Part shown: positions 1-9,793 of the stretch, one piece after another
Layout: the number at the start of each line of letters is the position of its first letter
How positions within the stretch are numbered: the stretch's first letter is position 1
Assembly: GCA_037200925.1 (NCBI GenBank)
Contig: JBBCGO010000001.1
Coordinates: forward strand, 383,698 to 447,697
DNA: 64,000 bases
Reading direction: 5' to 3'
From: Candidatus Doudnabacteria bacterium
GTDB taxonomy: Bacteria; Patescibacteriota; Doudnabacteria; UBA920; O2-02-FULL-48-8
Notes under the pieces: model-generated
What the model saw: the letters and a program-made list of their open reading frames with translations, nothing else
Told to the model about the DNA's origin: nothing
The model's database searches: none
Translations under genes and position numbers: made by a program

Positions 1-935
1 AAAGTCGGTTCGATCACATATGGGATAAATTCTTTTTCAGTTGCCGGATCCTTGTATTTTAAGTTTGCCCCGGATAACTCAATATGGTTCTTGAGGTCAT
101 AATCAGTGCGGTTTGCAATTCCGGCCATCTCGTCCCAGCCGAACGGAAATTTGTAATACGTATCCACCGTGCGCTTGGAGTAGTGCGCCAGTTCATCTTT
201 CGGCAGTTCCACAGTTTTGATGTTTTCTTTTTTTAATCCAAGGTCTTTTAGAAAAAATTCCTGCTGATATTTGAGCCATTCGTCAAAAGCTTTATCGTCT
301 TCTCCCGGCGCGACAAAATATTCCAATTCCGCGATCGTAAATTCCTTCGTGCGGAAAATCGAGTTACCCGTCGTAATTTCGTTCCGGAAAGCCCTACCGA
401 TCTGCGCGATGCCAAACGGCAGTTTGCGGCGCATGGATTCCAAAACCAGTTTAAAATCCGTGAACATGGTCTGCGCAGTTTCCCCGCGCAGATAAACCGT
501 GGATTTGTCATCTTCCGTCGTTCCGATAAATGTTTTGAACAGTAAATTAAAATTTTTCGGTTCGGTCCATTCTACAGATTTGCCCTTATGTGTCTGTTCA
601 TGTGCCGCGATCTCAGCAGGCTTGTCAGCGCGAAAACGCATGTGGCAGATCTTGCATTCCACGAGCGGATCGCTGAAATTCTTGATGTGCCCCGACGCTT
701 CCCAGACTTTCGGATTCATGATTATCGGGCCCCGCAGTCCGACCATGTCCGCCCTTTGCTGAACCATTTTTTTCCACCACACATAGCCGATATTATTTAT
801 CAATTCCGTTCCCAGCGGCCCGTAATCATAGCTGTTGGCCAGTCCCCCGTAAATTTCCGAGCCGGGAAATATAAAACCCCGCCTTTTTGCGAGCGAGATT
901 ATTTTGTCCATCAGGTCATTTTCTTGTTTTTTCAT
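1..935 (-). CDS. glyQS: Glycine--tRNA ligase (class II, single-chain alpha2 type), N-terminal about 311 aa; C-terminus lies beyond the window start
   Basis: Minus-strand translation from ATG at 935 reads MKKQENDLMDKIISLAKRRGFIFPGSEIYGGLANSYDYGPLGTELINNIGYVWWKKMVQ..., a typical GlyRS N-terminus. It is missing from the ORF track because there is no in-window stop. The track ORFs 271..495, 499..762 and 588..1013 are antisense to it. Confidence 0.85.
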   Translation of the reverse strand, partial: MKKQENDLMDKIISLAKRRGFIFPGSEIYGGLANSYDYGPLGTELINNIGYVWWKKMVQQRADMVGLRGPIIMNPKVWEASGHIKNFSDPLVECKICHMRFRADKPAEIAAHEQTHKGKSVEWTEPKNFNLLFKTFIGTTEDDKSTVYLRGETAQTMFTDFKLVLESMRRKLPFGIAQIGRAFRNEITTGNSIFRTKEFTIAELEYFVAPGEDDKAFDEWLKYQQEFFLKDLGLKKENIKTVELPKDELAHYSKRTVDTYYKFPFGWDEMAGIANRTDYDLKNHIELSGANLKYKDPATEKEFIPYVIEPT

Positions 936-1081
936 GATTTTTTCAGCAACGCTGGATGTCCAGCTCCAGTTTCAAAAACTGGGGCTGGGCTGGATGCGCT
1001 GCCCTTTCTGTAGACAAATAGTAGCATAATTTTAGGATAAAAAAAAGAATCCCCTCACTGATGTAAGAAGATTAGTAGATG

Positions 1082-1435
1082 TCAATGCACTCGCACAGGA
1101 GTTGCCGGCGGCGTCTCTTCTTCCGAACAAACTATCAACACAGTCAGCTTCTTCGGCAGGGCCTGCATAAGATCGCGCAACTGATCTGACAAGTGATCAA
1201 ATGCCCGCTTGTCAGGGGGGAAAGGCGTCAGTGCCCTCAAATCAAGAATGATGCGTTTGCGGGATGCCGGCTTGTTATCTTTAATGGACTGGAGCACCTT
1301 GTCCAAGTCACTAACTGTGCTTGTGGCAGGATCATCGGTCAGAATCATCTGACCCTCACAGGTAATAGTAACGATCTGCCGTTTCCTATCTCGTTTATAG
1401 ACGACACTGACAGTGAGCTTCGGACTTTCGTCCAT
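1082..1435 (-). CDS. Small hypothetical protein with a STAS-like (anti-sigma-factor-antagonist-like) layout; start placed at the Met preceded by GGAGG
   Basis: ORF 1082..1453. An internal Met at 1435 is preceded by GGAGGA with about 7 nt spacing. The layout (beta-strand-rich N-terminus, RIILDLRALTPF, C-terminal LTVLIVCS) resembles SpoIIAA/STAS topology, but similarity is weak. Confidence 0.4.
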   Translation of the reverse strand: MDESPKLTVSVVYKRDRKRQIVTITCEGQMILTDDPATSTVSDLDKVLQSIKDNKPASRKRIILDLRALTPFPPDKRAFDHLSDQLRDLMQALPKKLTVLIVCSEEETPPATPVRVH

Positions 1436-1488
1436 GACCATTCCTCCGTTCATTCACATCATCATTAGGCAATCGATTGCTCACTATA

Positions 1489-2637
<1,149 letters not shown>

Positions 2638-2671
2638 TTAATGATTATACCAATTATGATACAATTTCAAC

Positions 2672-3268
2672 ATGAGCAATTACAAAATCTTTCTGGGATA
2701 CTTAGCTGTTGCGATCGAGCTGGCCAGCTATGCACCTTACTTCTGGGGTATCTACAAAGGAAAAATAAAACCTCATGCATTTACCTGGTTTGTTTGGGGA
2801 ACTCTTACCGGGATCGGATTTGTCGCTCAGATTCTTTCCGGAGCAGGTGCAGGCAGTTGGATCATGGCGCTCAATTCCATCTTCTGTTTCGCGATTGCGG
2901 GAATCGGCTTTCGGCAGAAGCACGTAAAATTCGTCTTGTTTGATTGGGTGGCGCTGGTCGGGGCTTTTTTAGCAATTGTATTTTGGAGGATTACGGATAA
3001 TCCGCTCACCGCCGTAGTTTTGATTTCCGTATCTGACGGAATCGGTCTTCTGCCCACCATACGCAAAGTTTATTATTTCCCGGATGAAGAGTCGATTTCT
3101 CCTTGGGCTTTAGGAATTCTTTATTATATTATTTCGCTTTTTGCACTACAATCCTTTACCATAACTACTTGGCTCTATCCCGCAGCGATCATCTTATTTG
3201 ATTCAATCTTCGTCCTGGAAGCAACTATCCGCCGAAGGCAATTTGCAAATAAACGTTTACAACTCTGA
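2672..3268 (+). CDS. Polytopic membrane protein, function unknown
   Basis: 198 aa, about 6 predicted hydrophobic helices, no recognisable motif. Confidence 0.5.
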   Translation: MSNYKIFLGYLAVAIELASYAPYFWGIYKGKIKPHAFTWFVWGTLTGIGFVAQILSGAGAGSWIMALNSIFCFAIAGIGFRQKHVKFVLFDWVALVGAFLAIVFWRITDNPLTAVVLISVSDGIGLLPTIRKVYYFPDEESISPWALGILYYIISLFALQSFTITTWLYPAAIILFDSIFVLEATIRRRQFANKRLQL

Positions 3269-3311
3269 AGAGATCTAATAAACTATTCTGTGTTATGCGA
3301 GAGGAGGACAC

Positions 3312-3503
3312 TTGCCGCCAACTGACCGCGACCTGATCAATTCCGTCAACAACAAGCTCATCTCCCGCAAGGTTCGAGAAAAATTCATCAGGCAGATCAT
3401 GAACCAATCCGATCTCGAACACTTCTCAGTTAGCGAAGGCCTGCCGCCCGAACTGCGCGAAGCCGCCAGCAAACGGTTGGCGGAACTACGTCAGCAATCC
3501 TAA
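3312..3503 (+). CDS. Small hypothetical protein with TTG start
   Basis: 63 aa ORF. A strong RBS GAGGAGGA at 3301-3308 sits 3 nt upstream of TTG at 3312. An intrinsic terminator follows it. Confidence 0.45.
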   Translation: MPPTDRDLINSVNNKLISRKVREKFIRQIMNQSDLEHFSVSEGLPPELREAASKRLAELRQQS

Positions 3504-3508
3504 GGTTT

Positions 3509-3538
3509 ACAGCCGGACATTTGCCTGGCTTTTTTTAT
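3509..3538 (+). terminator. Intrinsic terminator (imperfect stem plus T8)
   Basis: agccggacatttgcctggct followed by tttttttt. Confidence 0.45.
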
Positions 3539-3649
3539 TTGAAAAAAACACCTGAAACAATTTCCCGTCTGGCTCGTATAAATGAGTACAGAGTTAGTGA
3601 TCGAACTAATTCCTTCTAAATTAATAAATCCTTTTCAACATTACAACAT

Positions 3650-4636
3650 ATGTCTAACAAATATCGTTTGCTTTTAGCTGCAAGTTTAATGGGAAGTTTG
3701 GCTCTGGCAGCGCCGGCATTTGCCCAAGGCCCCCAAGGTATAGGCCGCGTGGGTCATATGGGCATGATGCGCGGCAATGGCGTATTCGGTTCAGTCACCG
3801 CAATTAGCGGCAACAATTTGACTGTGGCCAGCAAAATGAGGCCGATGGCCAACACTACAACAACTTCCGCAACCTACACAGTAGATGCCACCAATGCCAC
3901 GGTGACTAAAAACGGTGCAGCATCTACCGTTTCAAACATCGCCGTGGGTGATATGGTTATGGTCCAGGGAACAGTGAACGGAACGAGCGTCATTGCTACA
4001 AAAATCAACGACGGAATAATGATGAGAAAACCCGGCGTGTTTGGCACCGTTGCTACAATTAACGGCAACACCTTGACCGTCACAAGCAAGGTTTGGTCAA
4101 AGGGAAATACCTCGGCTGCCACATCTACTACCTACACTGTAGACGACACCAATGCCACTGTCACCAAAAACGGTGCAGCATCTTCCGTTTCAAACATTGC
4201 AGTCGGTGATACTGTCATGGTCCAGGGAACCGTGAACGGCACAAGTATCACGGCTACCGCGATTAATGACGGAATGCCTCCACGTCCGAATAAGGGACAA
4301 AACCCGCTCATTGAGGGCAATGGCCAGCCGGTCATCGCCGGCACAGTGAGCGCCATCAACGGCAATACTTTAACCGTTGCGAACAAAAACGTCACTTACA
4401 CTGTGGATGCTACCAGCGCCACAGTAACGAAAAACAATGCGGCCTCTGCTGTTTCAAGCATCGCAGTCAATGACAGCGTGATCGTTCAAGGAACAACCAA
4501 TGGCACCAATGTTACCGCCTCTTCCATAACGGATCATTCAGCATCTACAACCACTTCAGCAAACGGCACAACCAATCAGCACCTCGGATTCTTTGGCAGT
4601 ATCGGCAACTTCTTCAAACACCTCTTCGGATTCTAA
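3650..4636 (+). CDS. Secreted protein with three tandem roughly 83-aa repeats (beta-rich, DUF-type)
   Basis: Signal peptide MSNKYRLLLAASLMGSLALAAPAFA. The unit ...ISGNNLTV..K......TYTVDATNATVTKNGAASTVSNIAVGDMVMVQGTVNGTSVIATKINDG occurs 3 times, at about 3780-4020, 4030-4270 and 4320-4530. Confidence 0.7.
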   Translation: MSNKYRLLLAASLMGSLALAAPAFAQGPQGIGRVGHMGMMRGNGVFGSVTAISGNNLTVASKMRPMANTTTTSATYTVDATNATVTKNGAASTVSNIAVGDMVMVQGTVNGTSVIATKINDGIMMRKPGVFGTVATINGNTLTVTSKVWSKGNTSAATSTTYTVDDTNATVTKNGAASSVSNIAVGDTVMVQGTVNGTSITATAINDGMPPRPNKGQNPLIEGNGQPVIAGTVSAINGNTLTVANKNVTYTVDATSATVTKNNAASAVSSIAVNDSVIVQGTTNGTNVTASSITDHSASTTTSANGTTNQHLGFFGSIGNFFKHLFGF

Positions 4637-4656
4637 TAATTAATCCCAAATAAAAA

Positions 4657-4688
4657 ACAGCCTCCATAGAGCGGCTGTTTTTTATTTG
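4657..4688. terminator. Bidirectional intrinsic terminator between convergent genes
   Basis: aaaaaacagcctccatagagcggctgtttttt, with A and T tracts on both sides. Confidence 0.7.
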
Positions 4689-4696
4689 AAGTTCAG

Positions 4697-5206
4697 TTAT
4701 TTAACTAAGGCAGCGATTTGCTCGGCTACGTTTTCAGGAGCTAAGTTGTTGGTGTCTATAATTGTTGTATGATGCCCCTCGCATTCTTTTCTCAGAATAT
4801 CTGAAAAATACACATTATCAGCTATGAATTTTTCTAGTAGTTTACCAGAAACTTTTTCGATAACCGCAACGCTATGCGGGCTCTGATATCTTTTCGCCAA
4901 CCGCTGTTTGATCGTGTCGTGGTCTGCATCGAGCAAAATAAATTCAATTGATTCATTGCCTGCGATCTCACTGGGCCGGGCAAAACCGCAAATCAGAGTA
5001 GTAATGTTATTTTTAATATTTTGCAAACCTAAATCTACCCAGTGTTTGGTTTCTTCTATCCGCCATTGGCGATCAACGTTATCCGGTACGCCGCGTTCAT
5101 CGAAATCATGCAATTCGAAATCTGGACCAAGCAAAGATTTCAGAGGTGCCATTACCGAGGTTTTTCCCGCTCCGTTTACACCCGTAATAAAAATTATCTT
5201 TTTCAT
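4697..5206 (-). CDS. P-loop NTPase / small nucleotide-kinase-like (AAA_18/AAA_33-like) protein
   Basis: 169 aa. Walker A GVNGAGKTS at residues 9-17, and a Walker-B-like hydrophobic stretch plus D (ILLDAD). Confidence 0.65.
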   Translation of the reverse strand: MKKIIFITGVNGAGKTSVMAPLKSLLGPDFELHDFDERGVPDNVDRQWRIEETKHWVDLGLQNIKNNITTLICGFARPSEIAGNESIEFILLDADHDTIKQRLAKRYQSPHSVAVIEKVSGKLLEKFIADNVYFSDILRKECEGHHTTIIDTNNLAPENVAEQIAALVK

Positions 5207-5215
5207 ATTAAACTG

Positions 5216-5620
5216 CTACTTCCCTCTCGCCCGTCTTTTCGTCTCAGCCTTCCTGACCTCCGCTTCATCCATGCCGAAATGATGGGCGATCTCATGCCAG
5301 ACGGTATCTTTGACCATTTGCTTGATCCTATCGGGCTCGACAGCTATGCGCAAAATCGGCCCGCGGAAGATCGTGATCTTGTCCGGGAGGACAGCCGTAT
5401 AATTTGCGCCGCGTCTGCTCTGCGGCACGCCTTCATACAAGCCCAAAAGAGTCCTGCCATGGACAAGATTATGTTTTTGTATCTGTTCGGGATTCGGCTC
5501 CTGCTCGATCACGATAGCCACATTATTCAGCAGATCCAAAAACTTCTGAGGAATGGCCTCAATCCCATCATTGACCAATTGTTCAAACTCTTCGTCGTTC
5601 ATGCTGTCGATTCTTTTCAA
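5216..5620 (-). CDS. Zincin-like metallopeptidase family protein (DUF1025/COG3824-type)
   Basis: 134 aa. LLGLYEGVP, LPDKITIFRGPI and the HEIAHHFG metal-binding motif match that family's signature. Confidence 0.7.
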   Translation of the reverse strand: MKRIDSMNDEEFEQLVNDGIEAIPQKFLDLLNNVAIVIEQEPNPEQIQKHNLVHGRTLLGLYEGVPQSRRGANYTAVLPDKITIFRGPILRIAVEPDRIKQMVKDTVWHEIAHHFGMDEAEVRKAETKRRARGK

Positions 5621-5856
5621 ATACCTAATTCTTTGAGTTGCTCCTGAACATCGACTTTATCCATTTGAAGAGTATCCAAAGTCTCCTTAAGCGAGCTTAT
5701 CTGAGGCGAATTAGCATCTTTTTCCTCAACTCTGTGCAATTCTGCCAATGTATCCGTTATCATGATCTCCAACTCCATTTGGCGCGCTAACAATCTTTTT
5801 ATGTCTGGATTATTTTCTGGATTTTCCATAATATTTTTTAATTCTATGGTAATCAT
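5617..5856 (-). CDS. Small coiled-coil protein, unknown function; its stop overlaps the downstream gene start by 4 bp (ATGA)
   Basis: 79 aa, heptad-like acidic and Leu-rich sequence, translationally coupled to 5216..5620. Confidence 0.45.
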   Translation of the reverse strand: MITIELKNIMENPENNPDIKRLLARQMELEIMITDTLAELHRVEEKDANSPQISSLKETLDTLQMDKVDVQEQLKELGI

Positions 5857-5936
5857 ATCAAAAACCCGGGAAAGTAGACAAGCTAAAAAGAAAATAATAT
5901 AGTTACTCTGTTCACACTTTCCCCAGGAGGAGAACT

Positions 5937-6326
5937 ATGTTAGCGTTCGTCAGCGCACCCGCCGCCCCGCTAACCCGCACACCCGTACGACTGACCCTCG
6001 AAGAGGAGGTCGAAGCCGCAGGACTCCGAGTCATACCGATCGATCGTGTCCGTGCCTTCCAAGCCCGCATCAAGCGCGAATGGGAGGCGATGGATATCTC
6101 CTACCGCGGTGATTGGGAAAAAGTGCCTGACGTCCAGATCACGGCACTCCAGCCGCCTGCTGACATCGTCAGCGACATCGCGCGCGCCAGCGAGATTCCG
6201 CGTTCGCAAGTTCACGCCGAACGATTCAAATACGATCCGTTCGTGTTCATCACGCGACGCAAGCGCGGCCGCGCGACCGAAGTCGTATGCTTCGCGTACT
6301 GGAACGCGCCGGGTTTCGTTCCCTAA
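5937..6326 (+). CDS. Hypothetical protein encoded by a conspicuously GC-rich ORF
   Basis: 129 aa. RBS CAGGAGGAG at 5923-5931. Codon third positions are dominated by G/C, unlike the AT-richer neighbours. Confidence 0.5.
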   Translation: MLAFVSAPAAPLTRTPVRLTLEEEVEAAGLRVIPIDRVRAFQARIKREWEAMDISYRGDWEKVPDVQITALQPPADIVSDIARASEIPRSQVHAERFKYDPFVFITRRKRGRATEVVCFAYWNAPGFVP

Positions 6327-6345
6327 GGCCTACAACACTCCATAA

Positions 6346-6380
6346 GGTGCTGATCTCCAATCAGCGCCTCGTTTTTTTTA
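6346..6380 (+). terminator. Intrinsic terminator of 5937..6326
   Basis: ggtgctgatctccaatcagcgcc followed by T8. Confidence 0.6.
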
Positions 6381-6384
6381 TTAG

Positions 6385-6412
6385 AAAAAAGCGATCGTCC
6401 GAAGACGACCGC
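6385..6412 (-). terminator. Intrinsic terminator of 6422..6820 (minus strand)
   Basis: Minus strand reads gcggtcgtcttcggacgatcgc followed by ttttttct. Confidence 0.6.
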
Positions 6413-6421
6413 CACAACAAA

Positions 6422-6820
6422 CTACTTGAGCATTGAGCCTGCTCTTGCCAGTTTCCTCTTCATCGACTGCAGAGCCTTGGCGCCTTTGATCTGCTGTTCA
6501 TAGAAGATGATCATGTCCCGTGCCGCTTGTTGCCAGCTGACCAGAGGACTTGCATTCCTTTGGTTTGTCTTACAGCTTTTCGCGTCGCCTACAGGAAAAA
6601 ATACGACTATCTGCGGATCGCGCTCTCCCGCCAGACCCATATAGTCGCAGACCAGAACCCTGTAATCCGGCCGAATAACATCAACTCTTCCCAGTTTGTT
6701 TTCGTGAACGAAATCCGCAAGCGGGTTGAGGAAGCTGCTCTGTATTTCCCCGGCCGTCTGCAGCCAGTCCGCAGGCTCAAACTGCTCCGGCACCGATATG
6801 CTCAAAGTAAGCTCGCTCAT
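6422..6820 (-). CDS. Hypothetical protein
   Basis: 132 aa ORF with its own terminator. No recognisable motif. Confidence 0.45.
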   Translation of the reverse strand: MSELTLSISVPEQFEPADWLQTAGEIQSSFLNPLADFVHENKLGRVDVIRPDYRVLVCDYMGLAGERDPQIVVFFPVGDAKSCKTNQRNASPLVSWQQAARDMIIFYEQQIKGAKALQSMKRKLARAGSMLK

Positions 6821-6926
6821 CTAGAAAGTCCTCCTTCAGGCAACCAAGCATATCAAAAACAACCATCTCATGTCAACGACTGAAATAAAAAAGCCGGCTC
6901 AATTACGAGCCGGCTTAATAATAATT

Positions 6927-9143
6927 TTAGTGTCTCCCGAAATGCCTGCCGTTGCCGTTGTCGCGCCGAGGGCCCCGGTCGTGCGGACGGTCGTCGATCG
7001 TCCCGCCTTCCGGCCGCGGGATCAAAACTTTGTGTGAAAGGTTGATCCGGCCCATGTGGTCTATTTCAACAACTTTGACTTCCAGTTCATCGCCGATCTT
7101 GACCACGTCTTCAACTGCTCCGACCCTGTGCCACGCCAATTCTGAGATATGGCACATGCCGTCATGGCCGGGAGTCAGTTCCACGAAAGCGCCGAAGTCC
7201 ATGATCCGCACGACTTTTCCTTTGAAGACTTCACCGATTTTAATTTCCCTGGTCAGATTATGGATTATTTCCAAAGCTTTTTTCATGCCTTCGGCATTGT
7301 TGGACGCCACCATGACCAAGCCCGAGTCTTCAATGTCTATTTTAACTCCTGTGTCGGCAATAATTTTATTGATAATTTTGCCGCCGGTGCCGATGACATC
7401 GCGGATCCTTTCGGGATTGATCTGCATGGTCTCGATCCTGGGCGCCAAAGGCGACATTTCCGCACGCGGCTTATCAATGGTTTTTTTCATGACATCCAGA
7501 ATATGCATGCGCCCGTCGCGGGCCTGCTTCAACGCCTGGTCCAGAATTTCCACAGTCAGACCCTTGGTCTTCACATCCATCTGCATGGCGGTAATGCCCT
7601 TTTCCGAACCAGTAACTTTAAAATCCATATCGCCGTTCGCATCTTCAATTCCCTGAATGTCGGTCAGAACTTTGAATTTACCGCTGCCTACATCCAGGAC
7701 CAAACCCATGGCCACGCCCCCGATCATAGTTTCTATCGGCACCCCGGCATCCATGAGAGCTAATGTGGAGCCGCAAGTTGAACCCATGGAAGTGGAACCG
7801 TTGGAGCCCAAAGCTTCGGACACCAGCCTTAACGTATACGGGAATTTTTCTTTTGGCGGCATGACAACTTCTACTGCGCGCTCAGCCAAGGCGCCGTGTC
7901 CCACTTCGCGCCGGCCCGGCCCCCGCATGGGAGCCACTTCTCCTACTGAATATCCCGGAAAATTGTAGTGATGGATATATCTTTTCACCGTGCCGTCCAC
8001 TGTAAAATCTTCCATGCCATCAAGGATCTGCGCATCGCCTGAGGAGCCGAGTGTCACTGTGGTCAGGATCTGTGTTTCACCGCGGTTAAATAAAGCCGAG
8101 CCGTGCGTACGGGGCAGGACACCGACTTCACAGGACACAGGCCGGGTGACATTCAGTTTTCTTTCATCAACGCGCAGTTCTTTTTCCAAAATGTTTGCGC
8201 GGACGATCTTCTTGGTCACCTTTTCCAGAGCTAGGTTCGTGTGAAGCTTGTGGTTCAAGGCGCGCTCCTCAGCGCCTTTATCTGCAAATACTTCGAGAAT
8301 ATGAGCATGGGTTTCTTCGCGCACAGCTTCGTTCTGCTTTTCGCGGATTTCTTTGGAGAAAGTGCCGTACAAGGCCTTTTGCAATTTATCTGTAGCGAAT
8401 TTTTCCACTTCAGCCAAAACCTTTTCATCGGCCAGTTCGCGCTTAACTTCCGCCTTGGCCTCACCTACCTGCTTGATAAGATCGTTTTGCAGTTTGATCA
8501 GGTCAGCCAGATGCGGCTGGGCAAATTTAATCGCAGCGATCATATCGTCTTCCGTGATCTGCTTAGCGCCCGCTTCCACCATCAGTATATGTTCCGCGGT
8601 GCCTGAGACCACGAGATCCAGATCGCCTCCTTCGCGCTCTTTATAAGAAGCGTTGAGAATGAACTGCCCTTTATCGCGTCCCACTCGCACCGCAGCCACC
8701 GGACCGTCAAACGGAATACGAGAAATGCTGAGAGCTGCTGACGCGGCATTGATCGCCACCACGTCCGGATCATTCACTTCATCAACAGAAAGAATAGTCG
8801 CCACGACCTGCACGTCGTTACGCATGCCGTCCGGAAACAAAGGACGGATCGTGCGGTCGATCAGGCGGCCGGAAAGAATTGCTTCGTCGGTTGCCCGGCC
8901 TTCGCGCTTGATAAACCTAGAGCCTTTGATCTTGCCTGCGGCATAAAGCCGTTCCTCATAGTCCACCAGCAACGGAAAATATTCCATGCCCTCGCGCAAA
9001 TTTTTGCTCATGACTGCCGTGGCCAAAACCACGGTGTCTCCAAGTTTGGCCAAAACAGAGCCGTCGGCCTGCAAAGCCAAAACGCCGGTTTCAAGAGAAA
9101 ATTTCTTGCCGGCTAGATCCAAACTAACATTACCTTTTTTCAT
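6927..9143 (-). CDS. pnp: Polyribonucleotide nucleotidyltransferase (PNPase)
   Basis: 738 aa. Two RNase PH-like domains, KH (GKIINKIIADTGVKIDI) and S1 (GEVFKGKVVRIMDFGAFVEL) domains, Gly/Arg-rich C-tail. It sits directly downstream of rpsO, as is classical. Confidence 0.95.
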   Translation of the reverse strand: MKKGNVSLDLAGKKFSLETGVLALQADGSVLAKLGDTVVLATAVMSKNLREGMEYFPLLVDYEERLYAAGKIKGSRFIKREGRATDEAILSGRLIDRTIRPLFPDGMRNDVQVVATILSVDEVNDPDVVAINAASAALSISRIPFDGPVAAVRVGRDKGQFILNASYKEREGGDLDLVVSGTAEHILMVEAGAKQITEDDMIAAIKFAQPHLADLIKLQNDLIKQVGEAKAEVKRELADEKVLAEVEKFATDKLQKALYGTFSKEIREKQNEAVREETHAHILEVFADKGAEERALNHKLHTNLALEKVTKKIVRANILEKELRVDERKLNVTRPVSCEVGVLPRTHGSALFNRGETQILTTVTLGSSGDAQILDGMEDFTVDGTVKRYIHHYNFPGYSVGEVAPMRGPGRREVGHGALAERAVEVVMPPKEKFPYTLRLVSEALGSNGSTSMGSTCGSTLALMDAGVPIETMIGGVAMGLVLDVGSGKFKVLTDIQGIEDANGDMDFKVTGSEKGITAMQMDVKTKGLTVEILDQALKQARDGRMHILDVMKKTIDKPRAEMSPLAPRIETMQINPERIRDVIGTGGKIINKIIADTGVKIDIEDSGLVMVASNNAEGMKKALEIIHNLTREIKIGEVFKGKVVRIMDFGAFVELTPGHDGMCHISELAWHRVGAVEDVVKIGDELEVKVVEIDHMGRINLSHKVLIPRPEGGTIDDRPHDRGPRRDNGNGRHFGRH

Positions 9144-9271
9144 TTGTTACCTTTTTTGTATCCGCAATTGTGGTTTGAAGCACAGAAGTTATAACAGTCG
9201 CCAATTCTTGGAAACTAATATAGCCTCTTTGCTGTCAGCACTCAGCGGAATTAATTATTTAAAGATCATTT

Positions 9272-9320
9272 GTAGTCAGCCGATTTATCGGCTCACGCAG
9301 CTCATAAATGAGCTGACTAC
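9272..9320 (-). promoter_or_regulatory. Nested inverted repeats in the rpsO-pnp intergenic region (candidate rpsO terminator / pnp leader RNase III processing hairpin)
   Basis: gtagtcagc...gctgactac (9272-9280 pairs with 9312-9320) encloses agccgatttatcggct (9278-9293) and cagctcataaatgagctg (9298-9315). Confidence 0.5.
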
Positions 9321-9327
9321 ACTTGTT

Positions 9328-9594
9328 CTACTTATTCAATTTTAACTTATCAGTCAGTTTATCCCAACGCTTCTCGTCCTCAGCCTTCAAATACCTCAAA
9401 AGCCTGCGCCTATTGCCCACCATTTTCAGCAAGCCCCGGCGGCTGTGATTGTCCTTTTTGTGCTCATTAAGGTGCTCGGAAACCTTCTCAATTTCGCGGG
9501 TCAATATCGCCACCTGGACCTCCGGGCTGCCGGTATCGTCCTTATGGACCTGGAACTTCTTGATGATCTGCCCTTTTTCCTTGGGAGTAAGCAT
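9328..9594 (-). CDS. rpsO: 30S ribosomal protein S15
   Basis: 88 aa: [70 protein letters not shown]. Confidence 0.95.
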   Translation of the reverse strand: MLTPKEKGQIIKKFQVHKDDTGSPEVQVAILTREIEKVSEHLNEHKKDNHSRRGLLKMVGNRRRLLRYLKAEDEKRWDKLTDKLKLNK

Positions 9595-9653
9595 TCATTG
9601 CCTTTCTTCACGCAATGGCTAGGAAAACGCCATTTGTGTCTTAATACTGGTTC

Positions 9654-9682
9654 ATTTTATCACTCCTTTAAAGACTTGGCAA
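9654..9682 (-). promoter_or_regulatory. Sigma70-type promoter for rpsO-pnp (minus strand TTGCCA-17-TAAAAT)
   Basis: Minus strand reads ttgcca agtctttaaaggagtga taaaat, about 55 nt upstream of the rpsO ATG. Confidence 0.55.
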
Positions 9683-9725
9683 GCCTATTTTGAGGCCTAT
9701 TATAAGGCTTATATTGACGTGGCTC

Positions 9726-9754
9726 TTGACAAAATCCCAATTTTAGTGTATAAT
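9726..9754 (+). promoter_or_regulatory. Consensus sigma70 promoter (TTGACA-17-TATAAT) for 9794..10672
   Basis: ttgaca aaatcccaattttagtg tataat, a perfect match to both hexamers with a 17-nt spacer. RBS caggagac at 9783-9790. Confidence 0.7.
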
Positions 9755-9793
9755 TATATATTAAGTTAATCTTATAACAAGTCAGGAGACCAA

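Noticed and set aside
248-1013. Track ORFs 248..511(-), 271..495(+), 499..762(+) and 588..1013(+)
   Set aside because: They lie inside or antisense to the glycyl-tRNA synthetase reading frame (minus strand, 1..935), which has a clear family-level identity. Their translations are low-complexity or Arg/Cys-rich, as expected of shadow ORFs.
7149-8946. Plus-strand ORFs inside pnp (7149..7763, 7657..7968, 8241..8606, 8653..8946 and others)
   Set aside because: They are antisense to a highly conserved PNPase gene.
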